A stretch of 64,000 bases of DNA, taken from a virus. The stretch's first letter is position 1; every line of letters starts with the position of its first letter. A program made the position numbers and the translations under genes. The stretch lies in UHGV virus genome UHGV-0064883. The stretch is one strand, 5' to 3'. Under the pieces are notes generated by a model. The model was not told the DNA's origin. It ran no database searches and saw only the letters and a program-made list of their open reading frames with translations. Below are positions 46,803 through 55,769 of this stretch, one piece after another.

Positions 46803-47495
46803 ATGCAGGAAGAAAAGTCCAATATATCCGCCAGACCCGCCCCGCACCGAGCCAGGAAAAGACACAGGCCCATTCCCGTACCGGGTGATTTGCCGGCCCC
46901 TCCGTCCAACAGGATTATTGGCCGTATTGTTTCTGACGACAGCGTCCGGCAAAAAGCCCTGGAAGTCCAGCGGGCGGCGCAGGCGCAGAAAAAAAAGGAA
47001 GAACAGGAAGCTTTTTTAACTGCCTACAGGGATTCGTTCGCCCTGCCGCACATTGCCGCGAAAAAATGCCGGATTTCCGTTACCAAGCATAACCAGTGGT
47101 TCAGCACGGATATGGACTACCGCCGCCGGGCGGAGGAAATCAAGGAATTCTGCGCCGAGCGTTTGCAGGCGAAAATGTACAAGAGCGCCCTTGCCGGTGA
47201 CGGCCAGATGCTCCGGTATTTGGACCAGCGCCGAATTACCGCTGAGCAGAGCGCGGCATTGAAGATTGCCGTCGAACACTCCGGAACGGTCGGATGTTCA
47301 TTCACGTCGGAAGAAGACATGAAGGAAAAGACCGGGTTCACTGTGAGCCGCATGGAACATACCCTGAAAATGCTTGCCGACTACGCCCCGGAAGCGCTGC
47401 GGCAGATTCTTGTCGCCCCGAACGAAATACCGGACAAGGCCCCGGACCTCAGAAAAATGGGGAGGAAGCCTTCGGAGAGGCGTAAATCCCTGTAA
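46803..47495 (+). CDS. Putative terminase small subunit (by position; HTH-like segment)
   Basis: Directly upstream of the large terminase gene. HIAAKKCRISVTKHNQW is HTH-like. Internal ATG of ORF 46752. Confidence 0.4.
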   Translation: MQEEKSNISARPAPHRARKRHRPIPVPGDLPAPPSNRIIGRIVSDDSVRQKALEVQRAAQAQKKKEEQEAFLTAYRDSFALPHIAAKKCRISVTKHNQWFSTDMDYRRRAEEIKEFCAERLQAKMYKSALAGDGQMLRYLDQRRITAEQSAALKIAVEHSGTVGCSFTSEEDMKEKTGFTVSRMEHTLKMLADYAPEALRQILVAPNEIPDKAPDLRKMGRKPSERRKSL

Positions 47496-47558
47496 TGGCA
47501 GGGCGGGCGTAAGAGCCTCTTTTTTCCTGTTTTCCGTTTTTCATTTTTTCCTTTTTCC

Positions 47559-49049
47559 ATGCACCAGGACACCGACGCAGAAAATGCCGCCAGTCAGAGC
47601 CGGTTAAATGAAACCGCCATGCTGATTCCCCGGCTGCTGTTAAAAGCCCGTACTGATTTTATTGCATTTTTGCTTGCCATTTCCGACGACGAATCCGGCT
47701 ACATCCTGTCCCGAATGCACCTGTTTATTGCGGGCAAGCTCAATGATACCGTCACCCGGAAGGACGTGCCGAGGAATTACACCATTTCCGTACCGCCCCA
47801 GCACGGGAAGTCCTCCCTGATTGTGCGGTATGTCGCGTGGCTGGTTGGGTCTTATCCCAGATTGTGCGTTGCCCTGACTGGCTTCTCCGCCGAATTGATG
47901 GGTCAGATGCTCCGGCAGGTCACATCCATTATGGATTTGCCTGTGTACCAGGTGATTTTTCCCGGTGTGAAAGTGAAGCCGAAGGATGACCGCTGGGACT
48001 ATAAACGGTTCACCAATGACGCTATTATTTATGCTAAGCCGGCAGGCTCCAAGCTGACCGGGAGGCGGGTGGACATTCTCATTATTGACGACCCCCATGC
48101 CGGGCGTGCCGAAGCCGAATCCCCCACTATCCGCAACCGCGTTGTGCAGTGGGCGGTTGCAGACTGCTTTTCCCGCCTTTCGCCCCATTGGCGGGTGTTT
48201 GTCATTGGGACCCGGTGGCATCCGGAAGACCTCATTGGACATCTCACCGGGCGGGAATACAATAAACGGCTTGAAATGCTTGGCAATACCGCCATGAAAT
48301 TTGAAGTCATCAAGATTCCCGCTATCTGCGAAGACCCGGCTACCGACCCCCTGGGGCGGAAGGCTGGGGAAGTGGCGTTTCCGGAAGAGCGTGACTTGGA
48401 GTTTTTAACGTCCATCCGTGGGGCCATGACCACGACGGAGTGGAAATCCCAGTACCAGCAGGAGCCGGTCACGTCCAAGGGCGGGCAGGTCAACGCGGAT
48501 GATTTCAACCTCATTTCCCCGGAGGAAGTGCCGTGGAGCGAACTGACGGCCATAGGCTCCGGCTGGGACTTGGCCGCAACCGACAAAACGGCATCCGACT
48601 GGACCGTGGGCGCGTGCGGGGCGCGGACAAAGGATGGCCGCCTGTATATTTTCGACCAGTTCCGCAAACAAATGCAGATTCCAAAACTGCTTCCGGCCAT
48701 TGAAGCCCGCGCCCTGGCATGGAAGGATATGTACGGGGCCAATCAGCTGGGCGTGGAAGGCGTGGGGGGCATGGTGGGATATTACCAGCAGCTTCGGCAA
48801 ATGCTTTTAGGAAAAATCAGCGTGCGGCTCAAAAATCCCCCGGTCAAAGGAGGGGGGAAACTGGTGCGGGCACAAAACTGGCTGGCCTTGGTGGAGGCAA
48901 AAAAAGTGTATCTGGTACAGGCCCCCTGGGTGCGGTCGTTTTTGGAAGAGGTGGAAGTATTCCCGGACGGGGACCACGATGACCAGGTGGACAGCGTATC
49001 CATTCTTTACGAGCTTCTGTTTCTCTCCGCCCGCATTCTGGTCGGATAA
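47559..49049 (+). CDS. terL: Terminase large subunit
   Basis: ATPase Walker A-like VPPQHGKSSL and Walker B DILIIDDPH. C-terminal RNase-H-fold nuclease region with DGDHDDQVDSVS. Confidence 0.85.
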   Translation: MHQDTDAENAASQSRLNETAMLIPRLLLKARTDFIAFLLAISDDESGYILSRMHLFIAGKLNDTVTRKDVPRNYTISVPPQHGKSSLIVRYVAWLVGSYPRLCVALTGFSAELMGQMLRQVTSIMDLPVYQVIFPGVKVKPKDDRWDYKRFTNDAIIYAKPAGSKLTGRRVDILIIDDPHAGRAEAESPTIRNRVVQWAVADCFSRLSPHWRVFVIGTRWHPEDLIGHLTGREYNKRLEMLGNTAMKFEVIKIPAICEDPATDPLGRKAGEVAFPEERDLEFLTSIRGAMTTTEWKSQYQQEPVTSKGGQVNADDFNLISPEEVPWSELTAIGSGWDLAATDKTASDWTVGACGARTKDGRLYIFDQFRKQMQIPKLLPAIEARALAWKDMYGANQLGVEGVGGMVGYYQQLRQMLLGKISVRLKNPPVKGGGKLVRAQNWLALVEAKKVYLVQAPWVRSFLEEVEVFPDGDHDDQVDSVSILYELLFLSARILVG

Positions 49050-49061
49050 GCCGCCAATAAA

Positions 49062-49080
49062 ATTTGCAATCATTGCAAAT
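49062..49080. repeat. 19-bp palindrome ATTTGCAATCATTGCAAAT (copy 14)
   Basis: 13 nt after the terL stop. Followed by TTCAGAGAC, then a 320-nt leader containing a C8 tract (49348-49355). Confidence 0.9.
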
Positions 49081-49403
49081 TTCAGAGACTACGGCCAAAA
49101 AGCTTTTTTCCTTTACTTTTCACTTTTCCGGCACAAACAATACCAGCCCATGAAGTTCCACAGCCTTTCCATGCTTTTTACGCTCCGTGGCCCTCCCCGC
49201 CCTGTTTTTCAGCTTGTCCCCCAGGCAATCCGCGAACGGTCGGATGCGCGAGGACGGGAACGCATCATTTCCCGCGTCTGAAATAAATGGCTTTCACCAT
49301 CAGGCGCAATCTCCGCATTTCCTTTTTCTGTTGCCTTCGCCGGATTGCCCCCCCCTCGTCAGGAAGGGAACGGCAAACCGTAACCATAAACAAAAAGATA
49401 GAA

Positions 49404-50279
49404 ATGACAGTTCAAACCTTACCGGCAACCGTGCCGGACAGCGTTTCTGCGACCTTGCGCGTCGTCATGAAGCCCGTGGAATCAATTCACCCCTACGAAA
49501 ATAACCCCCGCTACAACGACAGCGCGGTTCCCTACGTCAAAAACTCAATTCAGGAGTTCGGCTTCAAGGTTCCGATTATCGTCGATGAAGCCGGAAGCAT
49601 TGTCTGCGGTCACACGAGGTACAAGGCGGCCCTGGAATTGGGCATGAGCCATGTGCCTTGCATTGTCGCTTCGGATTTGACCCCAAAGCAGATTCAGGCG
49701 TTCCGCCTTGTTGATAACAAGGTGTCGGAGTTTTCAAGCTGGGATTTTTCCAAACTTGAAATTGAGATAGGGGAGCTGGATGCCGAATTTAATCTTGATG
49801 ACTTCGGTTTTTTCTCCGATTCAGAGCGGGCGGGAAGCTCGCCGGCGGATGTGGGCAGTGCCGCAGAAATGCAGGATGATACTGCGAGGGATGACCGGAA
49901 TATCTATACAGGACGCATCATTACTCCGGTTTATGAAATTACCGGGGATTGTCCAAAAACCGAAGAGCTGGTTGACCGCACCAGAGCGGAATCCCTGCTG
50001 GAAGAGATTGACCGGACCCCAGGGCTTCCGGATGCCGTGCGTGACTTTTTGCGTATTGCCGCCATGCGGCACTATGTCCTGCATTTCGACAGGATAGCCG
50101 AGTTTTACGCCCATGCGGTCCCTCCTGTGCAGCGGCTCATGGAAAACTCCTGTCTGGTCATTATTGATTATGACCGCGCCATTGAGCTTGGATATGTGCA
50201 AATGGCACGTGCCCTGGCCGATGAATACGACCGAGAATACCCGGAAGGGGAGGAACAGGAAGGAGGCGGCGAATCATGA
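49404..50279 (+). CDS. ParB-like N-terminal (ParB/Srx) nuclease-domain protein 1
   Basis: IHPYENNPRYND...GFKVPIIVDEAGSIVCGHTRYKAALELG matches the ParB N-terminal domain with its GxxR arginine motif. The C-terminal domain is shared with copy 2. Start is an internal ATG of ORF 49287. Confidence 0.65.
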   Translation: MTVQTLPATVPDSVSATLRVVMKPVESIHPYENNPRYNDSAVPYVKNSIQEFGFKVPIIVDEAGSIVCGHTRYKAALELGMSHVPCIVASDLTPKQIQAFRLVDNKVSEFSSWDFSKLEIEIGELDAEFNLDDFGFFSDSERAGSSPADVGSAAEMQDDTARDDRNIYTGRIITPVYEITGDCPKTEELVDRTRAESLLEEIDRTPGLPDAVRDFLRIAAMRHYVLHFDRIAEFYAHAVPPVQRLMENSCLVIIDYDRAIELGYVQMARALADEYDREYPEGEEQEGGGES

Positions 50280-51211
50280 TGCGGCACTCTGATTTCTGCG
50301 TCTTGATTATTTCCCATGGACGGGCCGGGAGGGTGAAAACCCTGAACGCGCTTGAGCGTTTTGGCTACAGCGGCCCCTGGTACATCGTCATCGACAATGA
50401 GGATTCACAGGCCGGAGACTACCTTAATTGCTACGGGAGTGACCACGTTGTTGTTTTTGATAAACCCCTTGAGGCATCCAGGCTGGACATAGCGGATAAT
50501 TTTACAGGCCGTCTTGGGCGCAAAAGCACCGTGTACGTACGCAATGCGAGCTTTGACATTGCCCGCCGCCTGGGATTCCGGTATTTCATGGTGCTGGACG
50601 ACGATTACGACTATTTCCGTTTCGTATTGGACAGCAACCGCCGCTATACTTGCCGGCGCTGTGTCTGTCTGGACACAATCCTTGACATCTGCCTCGATTA
50701 CTTCACCCGTACACCGGCCCTTGCCACCATAGCGTGGCTTCAAGGCGGCGACCTGCTGGGAGGGGCCAACTCCAACAGCCTTTTCAGCCTCCGGCGAAAA
50801 GCCATGAACAGTTTTATCTGTGACACGGAACGCCCCTTTTCCTTCATGGGCCGGTTTAATGAAGACGTGAACACCTACATCACTCACGGAAACCGGGGAG
50901 TGGTCATGTTCTCAATTACGGAATTGGCGCTTAACCAGGCCAGCACCCAGCAGACGGCGGGAGGGATGACGGAAGCCTACCAGGAAAACGGAACCTACGT
51001 GAAATCGTTTTACAGCGTCATGCATATGCCGTCTGCGGTGAAAATCCGGACAATGGGCGAACGTTACCGAAGAATCCACCATGCTATTACATGGAATAAT
51101 TGTGTACCGAAAATCATCCGTCCGGAGTACCGGAAACCGGATATTGTGCGGGGTGACAGGAGAAAACGCGGCAGGAGCCGAAAAAAACTGCTTGCAATTC
51201 CGGCCCCTTAA
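50276..51211 (+). CDS. GT-A-like putative nucleotide-sugar transferase 1 (DxD-like motif)
   Basis: Hydrophobic beta1 CVLIISHGR, WYIVIDNED, and FMVLDDDYDY at about aa 105, consistent with a GT-A fold DxD. ATGA overlap with the ParB-like gene. Paralog at 54342. Confidence 0.35.
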   Translation: MMRHSDFCVLIISHGRAGRVKTLNALERFGYSGPWYIVIDNEDSQAGDYLNCYGSDHVVVFDKPLEASRLDIADNFTGRLGRKSTVYVRNASFDIARRLGFRYFMVLDDDYDYFRFVLDSNRRYTCRRCVCLDTILDICLDYFTRTPALATIAWLQGGDLLGGANSNSLFSLRRKAMNSFICDTERPFSFMGRFNEDVNTYITHGNRGVVMFSITELALNQASTQQTAGGMTEAYQENGTYVKSFYSVMHMPSAVKIRTMGERYRRIHHAITWNNCVPKIIRPEYRKPDIVRGDRRKRGRSRKKLLAIPAP

Positions 51212-51396
51212 TAGGATATTGCTAGTGTTACCCGCCCAGCGGGAACCCGACAACAACCAATAATAGCTGCTATCCAGAAAAGACAAGCCCCCGGCCCCTT
51301 CCTGCATCCCACCCGCGTATCGGATTGCCTGTCATGCGTACCGCAGGAAACCGGGGGCTTGTTTTCTTTCCCCCCTCCGGGTATAACGGCGGCGTT

Positions 51397-51723
51397 ATGA
51401 TTGCCTTGAATACTCCTATTGCCACCATACCGGGGCGCCGGTACTGCATCACCACAGTATCTTCCGTCCAGGTGATTGCCGTCATTGACGACGAAGAGTT
51501 TGATTTGCTGGGGGGCCTTCCCATCACTGGCCAGGCGCAATTTGTCGCCCCCACGGACCACATTGAGGTGCGTGACGCGTCAGCCCCGGAAGAAGGGGCG
51601 GCGGCCAGCGCGTCGGAATCATCCCCGGAAACGTCAAGCGTCATGTTTGACGGCTCCGCAACGCCCCTTGCCGGAGACGCGGCTTCCGTGTCCGGGAGCA
51701 TCGTCGAAATTGTACGCAGTTGA
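51397..51723 (+). CDS. Hypothetical protein
   Basis: Internal ATG of ORF 51325. Ser/Ala-rich C-terminus. Confidence 0.3.
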   Translation: MIALNTPIATIPGRRYCITTVSSVQVIAVIDDEEFDLLGGLPITGQAQFVAPTDHIEVRDASAPEEGAAASASESSPETSSVMFDGSATPLAGDAASVSGSIVEIVRS

Positions 51724-52041
51724 CAAGCTATCCCGGATTTGGCAGGATGCTCCCCGCATGCGCGACGCGCTTCAAAGGCGTGGATTGAGGCGATAAGGGC
51801 ATGCTTCCGCAGGGTGTATGCGTGGGGGGCAAAAGAAGGCTTCCCTTGGAGGGTATAGTGAAGACTCTCCCCTTCTCCTGCGGCAAACGGGAACAACAAA
51901 AAAGGGGATGCCCTTCCTTTTTTCCAGGATGGCCGCAGTTTTCCGCTGCGGGGAAAGAAGGAAGGGTATTTTTCCGCCTCCAATTTTTCTTTTTACTCTT
52001 TGTGCCTGATGCAGATTCCTCCCCCCCCCGATAAATGCCGA

Positions 52042-52800
52042 ATGCACTGTATCATTCCCCTGAAAGCGCGCTCTATGCGTTGCCCTGGAAAAAATTTTAG
52101 AACCTGCAACCCGTATCTTTCCGGGGGCCTGATTCCGCTGTGGGAAGTGTCGGCCCGGTACGTCAGGGGCGAGGGATGGGAACCAGTTATTTCCTGTGAC
52201 AGTCCGGAATTGTTGCATGATATTTCCCGGCGCGGATATGAACGCACTGTTTTATGGCATCCCGACCCGGAATCCCCATATATGCAGGGCCACATCAGTC
52301 AGGTTGCCGTGCAGATTAACGCCGGGGATTCTGACCTGCTTTGCGTAGTCCAGGCAACTTCCCCGGTAAGACGGCCCGGACTGCTTCGGGACATGCACGC
52401 CTTGATGTCATCCGATACCAATATTCAGGTGGCTTTTACGGGAGAACACCTGAAAATTTGCGGTATCTTGAATGGCTCTCTTTTTGGGCAGGATGAAAGC
52501 CAGTCCGCCCGGCACTGGTACGACCACTATGACGGGGCGCTTATCCTGCTGCGCTATGATACTCTGAAACGCTGCCCCCCCCGAACGGTCGTGCATCCAG
52601 GGCTGCTGTCCGGCCCCGGTGATAAAGTGGCCGTGTTTTACCAGACCCTGCCCTGGTCATTTCAAATCGACACGGAAGACGATTATTCCTTTTATCTGCA
52701 AATGCGGCGGCCTGATGCGGAAAAACAGTCAGCCTTCTGCAAACGGTCGAACCCGTATCGGGTATATACAAAAAGCGCAACCCCTGATGAATTGGCATGA
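52042..52800 (+). CDS. Acylneuraminate / CMP-ulosonic-acid cytidylyltransferase-like protein (CTP_transf_3 family)
   Basis: N-terminal IIPLKARSMRCPGKNF matches the IIPARxGSKGxxxKN P-loop of CMP-NeuAc/CMP-Kdo synthetases, followed by GGLIPLWEV. VVQATSPVRRPGLL matches the hallmark QxTSPLR motif. A C9 tract lies 13 nt upstream of the ATG and another inside the CDS at 52575-52583. Confidence 0.65.
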   Translation: MHCIIPLKARSMRCPGKNFRTCNPYLSGGLIPLWEVSARYVRGEGWEPVISCDSPELLHDISRRGYERTVLWHPDPESPYMQGHISQVAVQINAGDSDLLCVVQATSPVRRPGLLRDMHALMSSDTNIQVAFTGEHLKICGILNGSLFGQDESQSARHWYDHYDGALILLRYDTLKRCPPRTVVHPGLLSGPGDKVAVFYQTLPWSFQIDTEDDYSFYLQMRRPDAEKQSAFCKRSNPYRVYTKSATPDELA

Positions 52801-53396
52801 TTGTATTGGTAGGAAATGCCCAGGAATCTGAACACCGATTAAAAGACTACTCCGCTTTTATCGACTCCGACAAGCCCCGGTTGGTGGTGAGGGTGTCGAA
52901 AATGTGCAACTACGATTCTGGAAAGACCGGAACGCGCTGTGATTGGGTGTTCCTCAACCCTAATCCCATGTACTGGACTTTTCCGCCAGAGCGCCGCCAT
53001 TGGAATGTGCTTGCCGGGGCCAGTAAAATCATCATCACCTATCCCCCTCCCGGAAGCCTGAAAGAAGGGCCTTGCATTCCTCCGTACTGGCAAAAGGAAG
53101 AATACCGGTTTCTGCACCAGCACCCTTTTCTGGAATACTTGCCGGAGGCGGTGTTCCGGGAAGGGGTGGACCGGCGGCTGACGACGTTCGGATTTGCCCT
53201 GTGGGTGCTTTCGCGGCGTTTCCCGCATGAGCAGATAGCCCTGCATGGGTGCATTACCTCGCAGGATGCCTGGCGCCGTGTCCGCTGGTGTCCCTGGCAC
53301 AATGGCGTTGGCGAGTTTGCCCTGTATGCCAATCTGTTCCGGAACGGTCGGATTTTCAGGCTGGACGGTGGCGGATTATGCTTTGATGAGGATTGA
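52797..53396 (+). CDS. Hypothetical protein translationally coupled to the cytidylyltransferase
   Basis: ATGA overlap. 199 aa with no recognised motif. Confidence 0.35.
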   Translation: MIVLVGNAQESEHRLKDYSAFIDSDKPRLVVRVSKMCNYDSGKTGTRCDWVFLNPNPMYWTFPPERRHWNVLAGASKIIITYPPPGSLKEGPCIPPYWQKEEYRFLHQHPFLEYLPEAVFREGVDRRLTTFGFALWVLSRRFPHEQIALHGCITSQDAWRRVRWCPWHNGVGEFALYANLFRNGRIFRLDGGGLCFDED

Positions 53397-53419
53397 AACC
53401 ATGCTAAGAATCCATGAGA

Positions 53420-53438
53420 ATTTGCAATCATTGCAAAT
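53420..53438. repeat. 19-bp palindrome ATTTGCAATCATTGCAAAT (copy 15)
   Basis: Ends 20 nt before the ATG of the second ParB-like gene. Confidence 0.9.
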
Positions 53439-53458
53439 TTCAAAAATCGTTTTCGCAC

Positions 53459-54295
53459 ATGGAAATTGTAGATATTGCCGTAAAAGACCTGATTCCTTAT
53501 GATAAAAATCCGCGCCGTAATGATGAAGCGGCCGTCAAGGTGGCGGAATCCATTAAACAGTTCGGTTTTAAGATTCCCCTTGTGGTTGACCGCAATAATG
53601 TTGTTGTCTGCGGGCACACCCGTTTAAAGGCCGCAAAAAAGTTAAAGCTTAAAACTGTTCCCTGTATTCTCGCTGACGATTTGTCGGAAGACCAAATCAA
53701 GGCGTTCCGTCTGGTAGATAACCGGACGGCGGAAATCGCCGAATGGGATTTTGCCCTTTTAGAAGAGGAACTGGCGGACGTGCAGCTTGACATGACCGCC
53801 TTTGATTTCGACGACCTTTTGGCAGAAGAGGAAGCCGGAAGCGAAAACAGTCAGACCCCAGTAGGAGCCGAAAGGGAGGAAGAAAGCGCATCACCGGAGT
53901 CGCAAACTGCAGAAAATATGTACACGCAGCGCATCGTCACTCCGGTTTATGAGGTTACCGGAGATTGCCCGGAAGTGTCTTCCCTGGTGGACAAGGGCAA
54001 AGCGGAAGCGCTGCTGGAATCCATTAACCAAGCCCAGGAACTCCCGGATGATGTGCGGGAGTTTTTACGCATCGCCGCCGCCAGGCATTATGTTTTGCAT
54101 TTTGACCGCATCGCTGAATACTACGCCCACGCCCCGGCCCATATTCAGCGGCTCATGGAGGATTCCTGTCTGGTTATCATTGATTTTAACAAAGCCATTG
54201 AGCAGGGATATATCCGCATGTCCGAACGATTGGCCGCGCTGGCCAGCATAGACGAACAGGGCGCAACGGAAGAAGAAGACGAAGCGGACGAATAA
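53459..54295 (+). CDS. ParB-like nuclease-domain protein 2 (diverged paralog of 49404-50279)
   Basis: LIPYDKNPRRND...GFKIPLVVDRNNVVVCGHTRLKAAKKL. The C-terminal YTQRIVTPVYEVTGDCPE...LRIAAARHYVLHFDRIAEYYAHA is about 70% identical to copy 1. Confidence 0.65.
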   Translation: MEIVDIAVKDLIPYDKNPRRNDEAAVKVAESIKQFGFKIPLVVDRNNVVVCGHTRLKAAKKLKLKTVPCILADDLSEDQIKAFRLVDNRTAEIAEWDFALLEEELADVQLDMTAFDFDDLLAEEEAGSENSQTPVGAEREEESASPESQTAENMYTQRIVTPVYEVTGDCPEVSSLVDKGKAEALLESINQAQELPDDVREFLRIAAARHYVLHFDRIAEYYAHAPAHIQRLMEDSCLVIIDFNKAIEQGYIRMSERLAALASIDEQGATEEEDEADE

Positions 54296-54341
54296 CACAG
54301 GCCGCTTTGATTTTTTTACCGCAATAACTTTTCTTTTTTTT

Positions 54342-55205
54342 ATGCTGACGCATTCCGATTTTTGCACGTTTATTTTGTCTCATGGACGGCCAAACAATAT
54401 CAGAACCCTGCACCCGTTGCTAAACACCGGAAATTACAGCGGCCCCTGGTACATCATTATCGACAATGAGGACCCCACGGCGGAAACCTACTATCAGCTT
54501 TACGGCTCCGACCGGGTAATCATGTTTGACAAGGAGGCCGAAGCCCGTCGCCTGGATATTGCAGATAATTTCGTCCACATGAGCCGCAAGACCATTACCT
54601 ATGCCCGCAATGCCTGTTATGACATTGCCAAAAACTTGGGCTACACGTATTTTTGGCAGCTGGATGACGATTATTGCCGGTTTCGGTACGTGACCGACCA
54701 GGCCGGAAAATACGTGTACCACAGCATCCGCCACCTGGACGAAGCGTTGAACGCGACCCTTGATTATTATAAAAGCGTTCCTTCCCTGACCCTGTTGTCC
54801 TGGATGCAGGGCGGGGATTTACTGGGCGGCGCCAACAGCCAGTCTCTGACCGTGGTGAAGCGAAAAGCCATGAACAGCTTTATTTGCTCTACCGAGCGCC
54901 CCATAAAGTTCCGGGGCCGGATGAATGAGGACGTAAACACCTATGTTTCCGAGGGCAACCGGGGAAAGCTCATTATGATGGCGAATTGTGCCGGCATTTT
55001 ACAGACCCCCACCCAGATTAACGACGGAGGAATCACGGAACTTTACAGGTCTTGCGGCACTTACACCAAGGCAATGTACACTGTGATGCACATGCCCTCA
55101 GTAACTACAGTGGGCATGATGCACAGCACTTTTCCCCGGATTCACCACACAATAAATTGGAACAACTGCGTTCCGAAAATTATCCGGCAGGAGCTTAAAA
55201 AATAG
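54342..55205 (+). CDS. GT-A-like putative nucleotide-sugar transferase 2 (paralog of 50276-51211)
   Basis: MLTHSDFCTFILSHGRP...WYIIIDNED...YFWQLDDDYCRF; about 55-60% identical to copy 1. Confidence 0.35.
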   Translation: MLTHSDFCTFILSHGRPNNIRTLHPLLNTGNYSGPWYIIIDNEDPTAETYYQLYGSDRVIMFDKEAEARRLDIADNFVHMSRKTITYARNACYDIAKNLGYTYFWQLDDDYCRFRYVTDQAGKYVYHSIRHLDEALNATLDYYKSVPSLTLLSWMQGGDLLGGANSQSLTVVKRKAMNSFICSTERPIKFRGRMNEDVNTYVSEGNRGKLIMMANCAGILQTPTQINDGGITELYRSCGTYTKAMYTVMHMPSVTTVGMMHSTFPRIHHTINWNNCVPKIIRQELKK

Positions 55206-55293
55206 AGCTTTTCCGGGAAGAAAGACCCTTCATCTATCGGCCCTGTCTGGATATTAGCCCGGCAGGGCCGCAGTATATCTTTCTCTTTTTCTC

Positions 55294-55431
55294 AATTTGC
55301 AATCATTGCAAATTTTTTTTCTCAAAAAAGATTCTTTTTCTCTTGCAATTTATAAAAAATAATGCTAAATTACATTCATCAAAGGGAGGGAATAACTCTC
55401 CTACAGCAAAAAGCCTGAAAGTTAAAACATA
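55294..55431 (+). promoter_or_regulatory. Palindrome (copy 16) plus conserved promoter/leader cassette
   Basis: ATTTGCAATCATTGCAAAT, then TTGCAA-17nt-TAAATT, then CATTCATCAAAGGGAGGGAATAACTCTCCT (stem GGAG/CTCC). Confidence 0.55.
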
Positions 55432-55683
55432 ATGAAGACTGCAACCATCATTTACCGCTGGACCGCCAAAACCTCTTCCAGATGTCTTGGCCGCTATTAT
55501 ACCGCCAGCACCCTGCTTGAAGCCATTAAGGCGGGAAAAGAATTTGTGACCCGTGAGTTCCACGGGACGGGTTCCGTACTTATTGAAGCTTCCCTGGACG
55601 GAGGAAAAACCTGGCACGTTAATCGCGAATACAGACGCGACCGTTATACCCAGATGCGCTGGACAGCGGAAGTTTTCTATTGA
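55432..55683 (+). CDS. Small protein, paralog family A (with 44430-44690)
   Basis: YRWTA...TLLEAIKAGKEFVTREF...ASLDGGKTWHV. Confidence 0.45.
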   Translation: MKTATIIYRWTAKTSSRCLGRYYTASTLLEAIKAGKEFVTREFHGTGSVLIEASLDGGKTWHVNREYRRDRYTQMRWTAEVFY

Positions 55684-55769
55684 TACCCCCTTCCCCGGCT
55701 GGAAATTATATTTGGCCGGGGAATAAACCTGATTTCATTATTATTTACTTAAATCATAAAGAAAAAACC

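Noticed and set aside
52000-52041. Extended N-terminus (MCLMQIPPPPDKCR) for the cytidylyltransferase, starting at 52000
   Set aside because: The family's conserved N-terminal beta-strand and P-loop begin right at MHCIIPLKAR (52042). The extension would just translate the C9 tract. The tract is more likely a 5' regulatory or phase-variable element.
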